Shown one piece after another: positions 37,340-50,174 of a stretch of 64,000 nucleotides of DNA. The stretch comes from Octopus vulgaris (lineage: Eukaryota): contig OX597820.1 of assembly GCA_951406725.2 (NCBI GenBank), positions 110,298,001-110,362,000 of the forward strand. The letters are read 5' to 3'. How positions within the stretch are numbered: the stretch's first letter is position 1; each line of letters opens with the position of its first letter. The notes beneath the pieces are model-generated. The model worked only from the letters and a program-made list of their open reading frames with translations. It was not told where the DNA came from and made no database searches. Position numbers and translations under genes: made by a program.

Positions 37340-37712
37340 TTTTACCGTCATTAGACTGCAGCTATGCTGGGACACTGCTTTGAATTTTTAGTCAAATGAA
37401 TCGACCCCAGTACTTATTTTCTAAGCCTGGTACTTATTCTATCGGTCTCTTTTGTTGAGCCACTAAGTTACAGGGACGTATACTCACCAGCACTGGTTGT
37501 CAAGTGGTGATAGCGGAACAAACACACACACACACACATGTATATAAATATGTATGCGACAAGCTTTTCTATCTACCAGATTCACTCACAAGGATTTCGT
37601 TGGCTTGAGATTATAGTAGAAGACACTTGTCTAAAGTGCCATACTATGAGACTGAAACCAGAACCATGTGGTTGGTAAGCAAGCTTCTTACCATGCGGCC
37701 ACTCCTGCGCCT
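37340..37712 (-). mobile_element. tRNA-derived SINE, diverged
   Basis: Reverse complement of the 6473-6850 family; ends at CCACTCCTGCGCC. Confidence 0.8.
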
Positions 37713-37747
37713 ATATATGTTACACACACACACATATATATATGTTA

Positions 37748-37781
<34 letters not shown>

Positions 37782-37787
37782 CATAAG

Positions 37788-38545
37788 ATAGGCTGTGTAC
37801 CACAGGACTTCATGAATGCCTCATTTCTACATCTTTATAAGAACAAAGGAAACAGAAGTGTCTGTGATAATCATCGTGGGATATCGCTTCTGTCTATTGC
37901 TGGTAAGATTCTTGCTCGACTCATTCTTGACAGGATTCTCAAACACTTAAATGATAATTATCCAGAATCACAGTCTGGATTTCGCTCTGGTTGTGGCATT
38001 ATCGATATGATCTTTTCCCTTCAACAGGTCATGGAGAAGGTACATGAGAAAAATCAAGAGTTGTTCATGGTATTCATTGATCTTACTAAGGCCTTCAATG
38101 TTGTTAACTGGCAAGCACATCTTCCGCAAAGACTGTCTGAGGACAATCTGTGGTTAATCACTAAAAGACAGAGTGTCTAATGTTGACCTGTTTAGCAAGT
38201 GTAAGATTGGTGGAATCAAGAGCTACCTTATGCAATCACAATTGCACTGGGCTAGCCATGTCATCAATGAGTGATGAAAGAATACCCAATGTCCTCATGT
38301 ACAGCCAGCTTGATAGTGGGCACAGGAATGTTGGTCGACCATGGCTCAAATATAAGGACAAGCTGAAGAGTAATCTCTTAGAAATAAAGATAGAGCACAA
38401 CATCTTTGAGGGAACAGCCTTGGGGCGAACAAAATGAAGATTGTTGTGTGAAAATGGTATTAGAAACTTTGTTGCAACCAGCATTAACAGGCTTCAGGGT
38501 GCAAGGCAAAAGAGAAAAGTGGCTGCAAATCTCCCACCTACACTG
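37788..38545 (+). mobile_element. Second RTE-like LINE family, RT fragment with internal deletion
   Basis: LYKNKGNRSVCDNHRGISLLSIAGKILAR...PESQSGFR...FIDLTKAF, then MSDERIP..LMY.QL..G.R.VGRP. Confidence 0.8.
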
Positions 38546-38559
38546 ACCTGTAATCCTTA

Positions 38560-39585
38560 TTGATTGAAGTATTCCTGGAACTTGTTCTGTGGCAAAGTCA
38601 GCAGCTGCCTCATTGCATTCACTTTTATTTCCTCAATGTCCTGAAATCTTCTTCCTTTCAAGAGGGATTTAATTTTTGGAAATAGGAAAAAGTCGCAAGG
38701 GGCGAATATGGTGGCTGTTGGACCTGGGGAATACTGTGCCTTGCCAAAAACTGCTGCACAAGATATGCTGAATGGGAAGGTGTGTTGTCATGGTGCAGTT
38801 GTGGTTTTTTCTGACAAATAGCAACCTGCAAATGCCACAAAACATCTTAGTAGTACTTCTTGTTTACTGTCTGACTAGGTGGAGCATATTCATGATGAAC
38901 AATCCCCTTGTAGTCGAAGAAAACAGTCAACAGTGTCTTCACATTACTTTGACTCCTTCGTGCTTTCTTTGGTCTCAGAAGGGTTGCAGTCTTCCACTAC
39001 TAAGACTAAGCCTTTGTTTCTGGGTCACAGCCATAGACCCACAATTCATCACCTGTTTTCAAAAAGTTTAAATCATTCTCAAAACAAGCAAGGAGCTCTT
39101 GTGCAGCTGAAACCTGAGTGTTCGTTTTGTCAGCTGAAAGCAGTTTTGGCACAAACTTGGCAGACATGCGTCTCATACCCTAATCTGTGGTAACAATTTC
39201 CCTACACAGCTGCATGCACATCTGCAATGTTTTTTCTCAGTTCTGCTGTTTGCAGGTCTCACCGAACGTTTATCACTATAGACATTTTTTTGGCCATATT
39301 GGAAACATCTGAACCACTTGTACATTTGTGCGTGGCTCATGCACTCCTCTCTATAAACATTCTGCAACTTTGTGTAGGCCTCTAAACAGGTATAACCAAG
39401 CTTTTGGCAAAATTTGATGTAGATTTTCTGTCCTGGTCAATGTGACGATCACACGCTACACATGTTCTTTCAAAGCATTGCTGTAAACAGTGGAATTGAG
39501 CTAGAACATTAAAGATCAATCAAGATCAGTCTGTGCCAAGCTTTAGTTTCGTTACTATGGCATCAGTCCAGATACTTATTGATCT
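38560..39585 (-). mobile_element. Mariner transposase relic, same family as 10109-10926
   Basis: HHDNTPSH...QPPYSP (38658-38840); HTH part at 39173-39367; TIR-like end GTTACTATGGCA at about 39551. Confidence 0.82.
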
Positions 39586-40007
39586 GGATACTTATGCATA
39601 TATATGTGTGTGTGTGTGTGTGTGATATCCAATAATTAATTAATTGATTAACTAATTAATTAATTACTTCAAATTCACCTTACTCTAATTAAATATTCTA
39701 CATTACTTGAGACATTCATCCTGCCTTAGTTTTGTTGTTCTTTACCCTCTAATCCCTCTCTCTCTCTCTCTACTCTCTCTCTCTCTCTCTCTCTTTTGGA
39801 GAGGCACAAGCACCTACTCACACATGTACACACGCAGCAGTAGCTTCCACCTATCAAATTCAATTACAAAACTTTGGTTAGCCCAGAGATATAGCAGAAG
39901 ACACCCAAGGTGCCACGCGGTGGGACTGAAACCGAAACCATGTAGCTGGGAAGCAAGCTTCCTAACCACACAGCCATGCTAACACCTATTTATATATATA
40001 TTTATAT

Positions 40008-40164
40008 ATATTACTATTAATGCTTCATACTACATGCATTATATGCACTACTAATAGTTTCATGTACATAGGTACATTCATCAGCACCTGATGAATGTAC
40101 TTATGTACGTGAAACTATTAGTAGCACATATAATGCATGTAGTATGAAGCATTAATAGTAATAT
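40008..40164. ncRNA. 157-bp palindrome of two divergent hammerhead ribozyme cores
   Basis: Arms 40008-40084 and 40088-40164. Each strand reads CTGATGA-ATGTAC-NTAT-GTAC(A/G)T-GAAAC-TATTA-GTA. Confidence 0.8.
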
Positions 40165-40219
40165 CAGAATCTCATTAGATGGAGTACTCTTCCTATTGAT
40201 TTTTACACAAATTAATCTC

Positions 40220-40254
<35 letters not shown>

Positions 40255-40620
40255 AAAAGCACCATCCAAATGCAGTCAATGCCAATTCTGCCTGACTGGC
40301 CCCCATGCTGGTGGCACATAAAAAACACCATCCGAACATGGCTGATGCCAGTACCCTCTGACTGGCCCTCATGCCGGTGGCACATAAAAAGTACTATCCG
40401 AAGGTGCTCAATGCCAAGCCCGCCTGACTGGTGCCTGTGCTGGTGGCACGTAAAAAGCACCCACTACACTCTCGGAGTGGTTGGCACTAGGAAGGGCATC
40501 CAGCTGTAGAACTATTGCCGAATCAGATCGGAGCCTGGTGCAGCCGCTGGCTCTCCAGATCTCAGTCAAACCGTGTGACCCATACCAGGTGGAAAACGGA
40601 CGTTTAAACGATGACGATGA
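40255..40620 (+). mobile_element. RTE 3' UTR/tail fragment
   Basis: Three GGTGGCAC(A/G)TAAAAA subrepeats, GGAAGGGCATCCAGCTGTAGAA and a (GAT)n tail. Confidence 0.8.
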
Positions 40621-40682
<62 letters not shown>

Positions 40683-40729
40683 TATGTATATATATATAGA
40701 TATAGATATATAGATGTATATATATGTAT

Positions 40730-41920
40730 TTTGTTTTTGGATTTGGTTTGCAAGATTCTTTATGTGAGTTTGTGTGTTGAAGCATATTCTGTTGTCTGGG
40801 GAGAGTCATTTTCTTTTTGTGCCTTATAATTTAACACACTGGTAAAATTTCCACTTATTTCCTGTTTTTATTTTCCTAAAATTTTTATTGCGTCTTGCAA
40901 CCTTTTCAATAGTCTTGACTCTGTCTGTTATTTACACTGCACTCCTTTTTGTTTGTTCGTGCGCATGTGTGTGGATCAGTGTGTGTGTGTGCCTATGCAT
41001 GTATGTATGTGCACACACATATATACATATGTACACACACACACACATATACATATGTGTGTGTGCATATGTATGTATGTGTGTGCATCTGTATGTATGT
41101 GTGTGCATCTGTATGTATGTATTCTGCATATTCATGTGCTTGCATGTCCATGTTCGTATATTTTTTATGTATGTATGTGTGTGTGTGTGTTTGTATATGT
41201 ATGCACCTTTGTCTCCTTGTGTGTGCATGTCTGAGTGTATGTGTGTGTGTGTGTTTTGTAACTATGTACCGTGTTTGTATGTATGGATGTGCATCTCCAT
41301 ATGTGTGGGCACATCTCCATATGTGTCCTTGAGTGAAGTAAAGTGTGTGTGCATATATGGTCATGTGTTTCAGTCTTCATTTGTGTATGTGTGCGCATGT
41401 GTGCTTGTCTGTTCATATAACCTATGTACCTATCCGTCTGTATGTTGATCTATTTATTTTCATATCCATATGCTTACATACATGTGCATATACACATATA
41501 TACATACACCCACATGCACACACATACATACATAGATCTATGTACATAACAGCCCACTAACTATTCTACTCTACCTGTGTAAACGTTGGGTATGAAGGTA
41601 TGATATCTACTATGTATATTCCCTATTTAGTATTGGAGAAGTTTCATTTATAAGGACATACTCCCATATTCGTCTGAGTGTTGGGTCTTTTGGGTTCTTG
41701 GATAAGATGCAGATAAGAGGCTTTTCAACAATCTTAATGTTGAGTTTGGTGTGCTTCAGAGCTTTTCTAAATCTACGGGTTAGTTCTCCATGGGATGTGG
41801 CCTCTACAAACATCACTCCTTGATATTTGTCAGTTTTATACCATGTGTTCGCCCTGTTTGCTTTGTCACAAGTTCTTTGTATCCTATCCCATTCTTTGTT
41901 TCTATATCTAGGGCTGGTAC
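40730..41920 (-). mobile_element. PLE 3' fragment, same family as 13127-14310, GIY-YIG core deleted
   Basis: WYKTDKYQGVMFVEAT.HGEL...KIVEK is joined directly to PKDPTLRRIWEYVLINETSPILN. Long shared 3' sequence. Confidence 0.8.
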
Positions 41921-42302
41921 TTAATGATATCAGTGTATGTAATAATAACATTGTTTTTGTTTTTTTGGGGTGAAGTTCCATGACAATGGAAATAGATAGA
42001 TAGAAATGTAGGTAGGTAGATAGATAGATAGATAGGTAGGTAGATAGGTAGATAGTCCTGCAGACAGACAGATAGATAGATAGGTAGAGAAAGGGAGAAG
42101 GAGAAGGGGGATCCTCCTTCCTATTCACCATTCATTTATTTAGTGATTTACTGTTGTAAAGGATGGTGACCTCTTCACAAAAACAAAAGGCGGGTGTGGT
42201 GTGATCACTGAAAGTATTTTTGCTTTCTTTCTCTCTTCCTCTTTTTTTTTTGAATAAGGAGGGGGATCCCCTACCCTCTCTCCCTCTCCATCTATCTATT
42301 TA

Positions 42303-42364
42303 TCTAGTGGCTAGGATTCTTGGCTTTCACCCAGGTGGCCCAGTTATGATTCCTGGCATGGGAA
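42303..42364 (+). pseudogene. 5'-truncated tRNA-Glu(TTC) pseudogene
   Basis: TCTAGTGGCTAGGATT-CTTGG-CTTTCAC-CCAGG-TGGCCCAGTTATGATTCCTGGCATGGGAA matches metazoan tRNA-Glu from the D-arm onward. Anticodon TTC at 42326-42328; T-run downstream; T-arm mutated. Confidence 0.8.
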
Positions 42365-42429
42365 TGTTAATTTTTATTGTGGGTCAAAAAGAGGCCGAGG
42401 AAGGGTAAATGTTGCTCTCAAACAACTAT

Positions 42430-43139
42430 GCCGTCCCAGGGCGACCTTGAGCAACTGCAACACAACCAAAGCATTTTATAGGGGATTAGTGGAGGGGAGG
42501 TGCGATGATGATCTTGGAGCTAACCTGCGCATCGACAAGGAATACCTGGCCCGCTTGTTCAAGATGACTTTCGGGCCGGGACCTATGGACAACTTCTAGA
42601 GATCCTTGGCCTGGCAGTGCTATCGAGAAGTACTACCCGTTTGGGATAAGCTCTACAGGTATGGCTCGCGAAACACAGAGCCGACCTGTCTGAGATGCGG
42701 TCAGAGCGACAAAACATTCCTGCACACACTTGTACAGTGCGCAACCATTTCCAACCTGTGGGCTTATGTCAAATGACTGCTATCGTATGTGGAACAAGTT
42801 GGTTTATCAACCGAGTCTATCGTGAATATTGTCGCGCCTCCTTCCTTGAAATGGGAAGGAAGAGCCATTTTCATTGTACTTGTGGCTATGGTGAAAGAAT
42901 GTGTATGGTGGACATGTCTGAAAGGTCTAGAGACAAACACGTTCCTCTCTGGTCAATCTCTCATCAACTTCTTCAAATATCACTTGAAGAGGAAGGTGAG
43001 AGTAGAGAGGGAAGTTTTGTCTAGTAAATGCTTCAAAAAAAGATGGGTGAATGTATCAAGGATGGCATGTGTGAATGACGGAGCCAGCTTGAGCATTATC
43101 CTATGAACTTATCTCACTCTCTCTCACTCTCTCTCTCTT

Positions 43140-43172
<33 letters not shown>

Positions 43173-43500
43173 CTATCTAGCCTGACCATTGTGCCTTGTC
43201 CCAACCCTACTATCACCAAACTGGAGCACATTCTCTTCCGCTTCTTGTTGAAAGGAAGTTTTCCAATGGTCAGGCGATCTGTTTGCTGCCAATACCGGTT
43301 AAAAGGAGGGCTGGGCATGCCATGGTTGATGATTCGCAGACACATGCTGAGACTGCGACATCTCCCGCTCTACATAAACGATGGTGAACAGGTGTGGTCG
43401 CCATTTGTGAGGCGCGTTTTCCCACAGCTTGTCTCCATGTCCGAACTGCAGTCATGGATCAAGAAGAGGCCAAGGAAGGGTGAATGGCACTGCGAGAGTT
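42430..43500 (+). mobile_element. Tx1/L1-clade LINE ORF2 C-terminal fragments, rearranged
   Basis: zf-RVT-like WQCYREVLPV...TCLRCGQSDKTFLHTLVQC...LW (about 42610-42762). LFRFL.KG...VRRSVCCQ..LKGGLGMP (43191-43502) lies downstream of a (CT)n(TCTA)n tract. Confidence 0.75.
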
Positions 43501-43899
43501 GAGATTACCAACCCTGAGGGTGTGGGAGGTGTGAGCCCGTGAGACCCTGGGATGGAGGACAGCAGCATCATGTACCTGAAATGAAAGCTCGCATTTGGCA
43601 GAATTCATAAACAAACAATAGCCTTCAATTCAACCTGCATACACTACATTATCATATTTTTGCACTATATAATCACTACTTTACATAGGAGATAAACCCT
43701 AAGTAGCCTTTAGAAGTGTTCATGGGAGACAACCAAAGGATGACAGAGGATAGGATTTCTGGCACAGGTGGAGGAGTGGGTGGGCGGGCATACCGTGAAG
43801 TAGCAAATTTAGACGAGAGCATCTTCTGGATACATATTCTTTTGGTGGAGGTATTAAAAAATTGAGTAGGGGAATGTGAGTGCATGTGCTAGTTTATAT

Positions 43900-45455
43900 A
43901 GGGTGGAGGTGGAAGAGGAAGTCTTGGCGAAGCGAGTGATAATCGAAAGAGAGACACAGACAGTGAGAGACAGAGAGAGACAGAGTGAGGCCTAGAGAGA
44001 GAGAGACAGAGTGAGGCAGAGAGAGGAGGGTACCAGAGTGAAGGTGGTCAGAACACGAGGGAGAAAAATATTCTTTTGGGATTTGGGTAGCATAATTTAA
44101 CGAAACAGCAAATGTTGATAATAGTAAAATAGAGTTGAAAAATCTGAGAGTTTTCATAATTTTTATGATTTCTGTTCTTATTTTTAATTTTGTTTTTAGT
44201 ATAATGTTCATCATGCTTTAGATTAATTTTTATTATTATTATTATTATAATTGGGCTATTTATCATGTTTGTTATATTTATGGTTAGTGTGGAGACCTTT
44301 CGTATTTTCATTATGAGGATATACTGTTTTTTTATAGGTATCTAAGTCTCTTTATTTCATAACATTATTTATGTAATTATTTTTAATATGGTTCTTAGTA
44401 GTGTTGAAGTTCCTATTATACTTAATTTCATACTTATATCCTGCCTTCTTAAGTGCTATATTGTAATAGTCTGTGTGTTTGTTAAATACTTCTTCATTAG
44501 AAGATAGGAAATTAATTCTTCTCTCTATGTTTGTACTAAGGTTTTCTATAATATTATGTGGATGGTTACTGTTTGCCTTTATATATCTAATGTTGGCATT
44601 AGGTCTATGATAAGGTTGGTAAACAGAAGTATTAAGGTTGAAGTTAACATCAAGAAAGTTTACAGAGATGTTATCTTTTTCAATTGATATAGAAAGTCCT
44701 TGATTCTTAAAAAATGTATGTAGTCTTTTTTTGTAATTTTCCAATTTTCTATTTGTAATGTTCCTTACTAAGAATAGGGCATTGTCCCAGTATAGTCAGC
44801 TTTTGAATTCAGGAAATTCCTCCTTAAATTTGCGTAGTAGATAGACGCCAACTAAGTCGGTTACCTCATCAGAGTTGTGTGTGCCCATCAGTATATCAAA
44901 GCGGTCTGGTGTATCTTTCCTTGCATAATATTTACCTTCATGTAATATCAATGTTTTTTAGCTGCCAAAATAATTTTTATTTCTTTCATGGACAAGTTAG
45001 TTCTATTCTTAGCAAAGATGAGTGCCTTCTTTAATAAAATTGAGTTAATAGATTGGTAATAGTCATTAATGTCTATTTGGAGAAATTTGCATTTTCTCTT
45101 GTCGTGAATGTTAGTAAACTAGTTAATTGTATCTTGTGTTTTGGACCATAGGCTAGGTTTAATCTCTGAGTGTATATATTTATCTATAATATATAAGTTT
45201 TGCTTAAGTTTTACAAGGTCTGATTTACATGGACATATCAACCTTATTTTAGGATCGGTCTCAAAATTTTCTCTATGGTCTTTAAGGCTAATTTTTGGTC
45301 TGGAAGGTTCATAAATCTCTGTTATGTTGTCAATTCCGAATTCATTCATTATTTTTTTAGCTTTAAGATTGATAGATATGAGAACATTTTTATTTATTAT
45401 TTTGTAATTTTTAAGTATTTCTTTATGTAACAATTCATTTTTAACTTCACGTCTA
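43900..45455 (-). mobile_element. Penelope-like element RT relic (Nematis-like)
   Basis: PKISLKDHRENF..DPKIRLICPCKSDL (45119-45433); VNFLDVNFNL...YQPYHRPN...SNHP (44352-44744). Confidence 0.85.
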
Positions 45456-46099
45456 TGTTGTACAAATTTCCATTTTTGTCAGCCTGTACGATTATTCCTT
45501 TCATGTATGTATATATAAACAAATATGTGTGTGTATGCTTGAACATGTACTTGGACTGGATTGATGTGAACATATTTTATCTCTCTGCCAATGAAACTTG
45601 CACAGTTTTGAATTTCTTTGATGTTGTTTATGTGATTTCAACTTCTCTTTCCTCTATATATTTGTGTTGGACCAATTCATAAGTTTTTATATGCTGTGCC
45701 TGTTTGTATTCCAGTTATTTTTATCATCACTACTATTGTTGTCAACATCAGCATCATCACTATGATCATATATAATCATAGCATACAATATGTAATATGT
45801 ATATGTATGTACATATACATATGGATGTTTATATATATATATATATATATGCGTGTGTGTGTATATGTATATATGTGTGTGTGTGTATATGTATATATGT
45901 GTGTGTGTGTATATATATAGATATGTGTGTGTATACACGCATTTTATATATATATATACATACACACACACATATATAACACAAATTATGTACAGAGAAA
46001 ATTATATCTCTCTTATAGATTTCACCTTATAAAGCCGACAATTATTTGTGTTGCACTAGCATATATATTTGGGTGTGTGTATATATATATATATTTATA

Positions 46100-46580
46100 T
46101 ATAATGTCAGTGTCCATGCACGACAGTGTAAGCACCCTGAGAGAAATGTTGGACATAAGAAGCATTGGATGTGGCATGCAGGAGAGACGGTTGCGTTGGT
46201 ATGGTCATATACTATGGATGGATGAGGAAAGATGTGGGAAGAAGTGCCACTCCCAAACTGTTGAAGGAATCTGGAGTAGAGGTAGACCCAAGAAGACATG
46301 GGATGAGGTGGTCAAGCTTGACCTTCAAACATTGGGCCTCACAGAGGCTATGACAAAAGACCGAAACCTCTGGAGATATGCTGTGACTGCGAAGACCTGA
46401 CAAATGAAGTGAGTTCATGGTTCACAGGATGGCCTGCTGTGCTAACCTTGGATAGTAGAGTGACCCACTGTGCTTGAGGAGACATCAACATCAAAATAAA
46501 AATCAAATGGAAATTGTAGTTATGATACCCTTGCCAAACATGGCTGATGCCAGTGTCACCTGACTGGTGTCTGTATCGGT
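46100..46580 (+). mobile_element. RTE 3' fragment
   Basis: RRLRWYGH...GRPKKTWDEVVK..L matches 35177-35614. Confidence 0.85.
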
Positions 46581-46688
46581 TTTATAAAAATAAAATAAAA
46601 AATAAGCATATTTCAGAAAAGTCATTTTTGACTTTAACTATTGGTGATGTCAATGGATGAGAAAATAATAAAATAAGATATATATATA

Positions 46689-46853
46689 GGCGCAGGAGTG
46701 GCTGTGTGGTAAGTAGCTTGTTTACCAACCACATGGTTCCGGGTTCAGTCCCATTGCATAGCACCTTGGGCAAGTGTCTTCTACTATAGCCTCGGGCTGA
46801 CCAAAGCCTTGTGAGTGGATTTGGTAGACGGAAACTGAAAGAAGCCCGTCGTA

Positions 46854-46903
<50 letters not shown>

Positions 46904-47105
46904 TGTGTGTGTTTGTCCCCCTAGCATTGCTTGACAACCGATGCTGGTGTGTTTATGTCCCCGTTACTTAGCGGTTCAGCAAAAGAAACCGATAGAATAA
47001 GTACTGGGCTTACAATAGAATAAGTCCCAGGGTCGAGTTGCTTGATTAAAGGCGGTGCTCCAGGATGGCCGCAGTAAAAAATGACTGAAACAAGTAAAAG
47101 AGTAA
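46689..47105 (+). mobile_element. tRNA-derived SINE, full length
   Basis: Same as 6473-6850; B-box GGTTCAGTCCC. Confidence 0.88.
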
Positions 47106-47114
47106 ACGAGAGAG

Positions 47115-47147
<33 letters not shown>

Positions 47148-47489
47148 ACAGAAGGTGTGTGTGTATATATATGTGACCGACCATTAGATTGATCCCACAT
47201 AAAATTTTTCATCTGATTTCGTTCACACTTGGCAAATACATCACATGTTCCACAGATGGATCTACACTCTTTAGATCTTTCACTTATGGAGTAATATGGA
47301 ATAATGGGGCTTCTAGGGTCAGAAGGTCAAGAAAACCTTCTATAGTGACTATTGTGGGCAAGAGCGGTAATTGTTTGCGAAGTAACTGTCAGAAATCAAT
47401 TGTCTCCCTTACATAATCATCAAAAAAGGTCATAACCAGGAATTTTTGGTTGACAATCAGTGGCAACAATGAAAACAAGGCCAGCCTAC

Positions 47490-49381
47490 GCATTTGGATC
47501 CAACCATGTACAAAGGTGACACAATCAGATGCGTCTACACAGTTCAACCCTTGAACTCTGATTGCTTCCATCTGCAGCTCTTACTTCATGTCATTAAGGG
47601 ACCAACCTCCTTCGATGACCTTTGCACAGTGGACCACCACTTATGTGGCACTTTCAAAGATGCTTGCTCCAAACAGGGACTTTTGGATACAGATGATCAG
47701 TATGATAATGCACTTGAAGAGACCTATCTGTGTCATTCTCCACACAAGCTCCAACACCTTTTCACAATAATGCTGGTTTTCTGTAACCTGACAGACACAC
47801 TTCCACTTTGGAATAAATACAAAGACTCAATGTGCCATGACATTTTGCTGCAGACTTGCCAAATCACAGGTGGTGTTGACACTCCCACTACCTCTGCTAT
47901 TTACAATGGAGGGCTTCTTCTCTTGGAAGACTTGGTTATAACAATTGGAGGTCAACGATTGGATGCTTATTCTCTCAAAACTTCCGACAGAAATGAAGAT
48001 GCCTGTCCCAATTGTCTCATTCTCAGAGAAACATGCTACAACATTCACAAACTCAAACAATACATTGCTGACAATGAGCCCCTTTAGAATTCTGATCAAG
48101 CTGACGTATACAATTTCATCCTCGGAAACATCTACATACACACTGGCGGAATCATCTTCTTAGATGCATTCGGTGGGACTAGGGAAACATTTCTTCTAAA
48201 TCTTCTTCTTGCGAAGTTGTGGCATAATGGTGACCTTACTATTGCAATTTTTTCCTCAGGAATAGCCTTGACTCTTCTCAACAACAGATGAACAGCACAC
48301 ACTACCTTCAATTTGCCTTTCAATGTAGCACATCAAGTAAACTCAACGTGCCACATAATGCATTCCTCAGACAAAGCGACAATTTTGAAAAAGTGCAAAC
48401 ACATTGTTTGGGATGAAGCAACTATGTCCCATAAATGTTCCCTACAAGCACTTGATACCACCATGAGAGACCTTAGATCAAACAACATCCTTGTAGGTGC
48501 AACTCTACTTCTTGCAGGAGATTTTCTACAAACTCTGCCAATTATACCCAAAGAACACTTGCTGATGAATTTAATGCCTGCCTTAGAAAATTCCTCCTTT
48601 GGTTGCATGTCCAATTGAAACAACTCACTATCAACATGAGATCTGGGCAAATTACGTCATACATTACAGATACATTGACACTACCACCATTAGCCACACT
48701 GTCTCCAGCCTTCGTGACTTATGTTCTGCCATTTACCCAAATCTTACAACGGAATACATAAAACCAGATTGGCTTTGCAACAGGGTTGTTCATGCACTTA
48801 CAGATGCAGCTGTCAACACTCTTAACTACAACTTACTCAGTCAGCTACCTTCTCAAGAATGTTGTTACAGATTAGTTGACACCATTACCGACCTTGATCA
48901 GGTTACACACTTTCCAATAGAATTTCTCAACTCCCAACATCCTCCAGGACTCCCTCACCATGAACTTCGCTTAAAAGTTGGCTGTCCTGTCATCCTCCTA
49001 TGCAATCTAAGTGCACCCACACTATGCAATGGAACTTGCCTTGTGGTCAAACAAATGACAAACCATGTCATTGAAGCCCAAATTATCACAGGACATAGCA
49101 AAAAGGATACCATATTCATTCTGAAAATTCTGCTAACCCCAACAGACTGCCCCTACTTTATGCAGAGACTTCAATTCCCTCTCAAACTCAGCTTCACCAT
49201 GACAATTAACGAAGCACAAGGTCAGTCACTGAAAGTTGTCGGATTGGACCTTCAAACATCGTGCTTTTCACATGGACAGTTTTACATTGGTTGTTCCAGA
49301 ATTGGCCATCCAGACAACTTATTCATCTATGCTCCTGAAAGAAAAACAAAAAATGTCATCTACAAAGCAGCCCTACAGTAG
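47490..49381 (+). mobile_element. Helitron RepHel relic (PIF1-like helicase)
   Basis: LLLHVIKGPTSFDDLCTVD; degenerate Walker A FLDAFGGT; IVWDEATM; LAGDF.Q.LP; RLQFPLKLSF.MTIN.AQGQSL..VGLDL...FSHGQFY..CSR. Frameshifted. Confidence 0.9.
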
Positions 49382-50174
49382 TTATTCTTCTACTGCATTC
49401 TTCATATCTCCGCCAAACAGTAGCCATTAACAATTAGACTTCCTGCAAGCATTTCATTGATATTTTGCTTCATTTCCATGATTGTTGTTAACAGTACATT
49501 ATCATCAATGACCCTTCTTACTTCACGCACGCTGTTCATTCATAAGCGTGCTCTGACATTTATTTTTGTACATGCCATTATTCTATTTGCGTGTTTGCTA
49601 TAAATGCTTGCTTTTCTTTATCATACATGACTTTCATTGAAAAAAAAACTTGAATGCAGTTGTCAGGCATTACAAGTAAAATAACTAGATACTACGAAAG
49701 GCTTCAGGTAAGATACAGGATCCCTAATGCCTACTGTAATTGCAGTCTCATTTCATGGACTTGCATTTATTACTTAGTGCCAAATTTGTGTTCAAAAAAA
49801 TTTATTCATTACCTAAGTTTCTTTATACCATATCGTAAACTGCTAACGAAAATGGTAATTATACATTTTATGCTTATCAACTTGAAATGACTTCTAACTG
49901 CTGGTTAATTCAACTTAATCTGTCCACAGGAGTGCATTATTATAATAAATTACACCATCCAAAGGATGGACACATTTGCTAGTATATATATATATATACA
50001 TATATATATCTAGTATATATATATATACATATATATATACACACACACATACAAATACACGCATATATATATATATTTGTATGTATATAAATATATATAT
50101 ATATATATATAATATATATAGGCATACACACACACACATATACACATATACAGGCATATATAATAATAATGATG

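Noticed and set aside
49382-49920. Helitron 3' hairpin plus CTRR terminus
   Set aside because: No convincing GC-rich hairpin followed by CTAG was found, so the end was not called.
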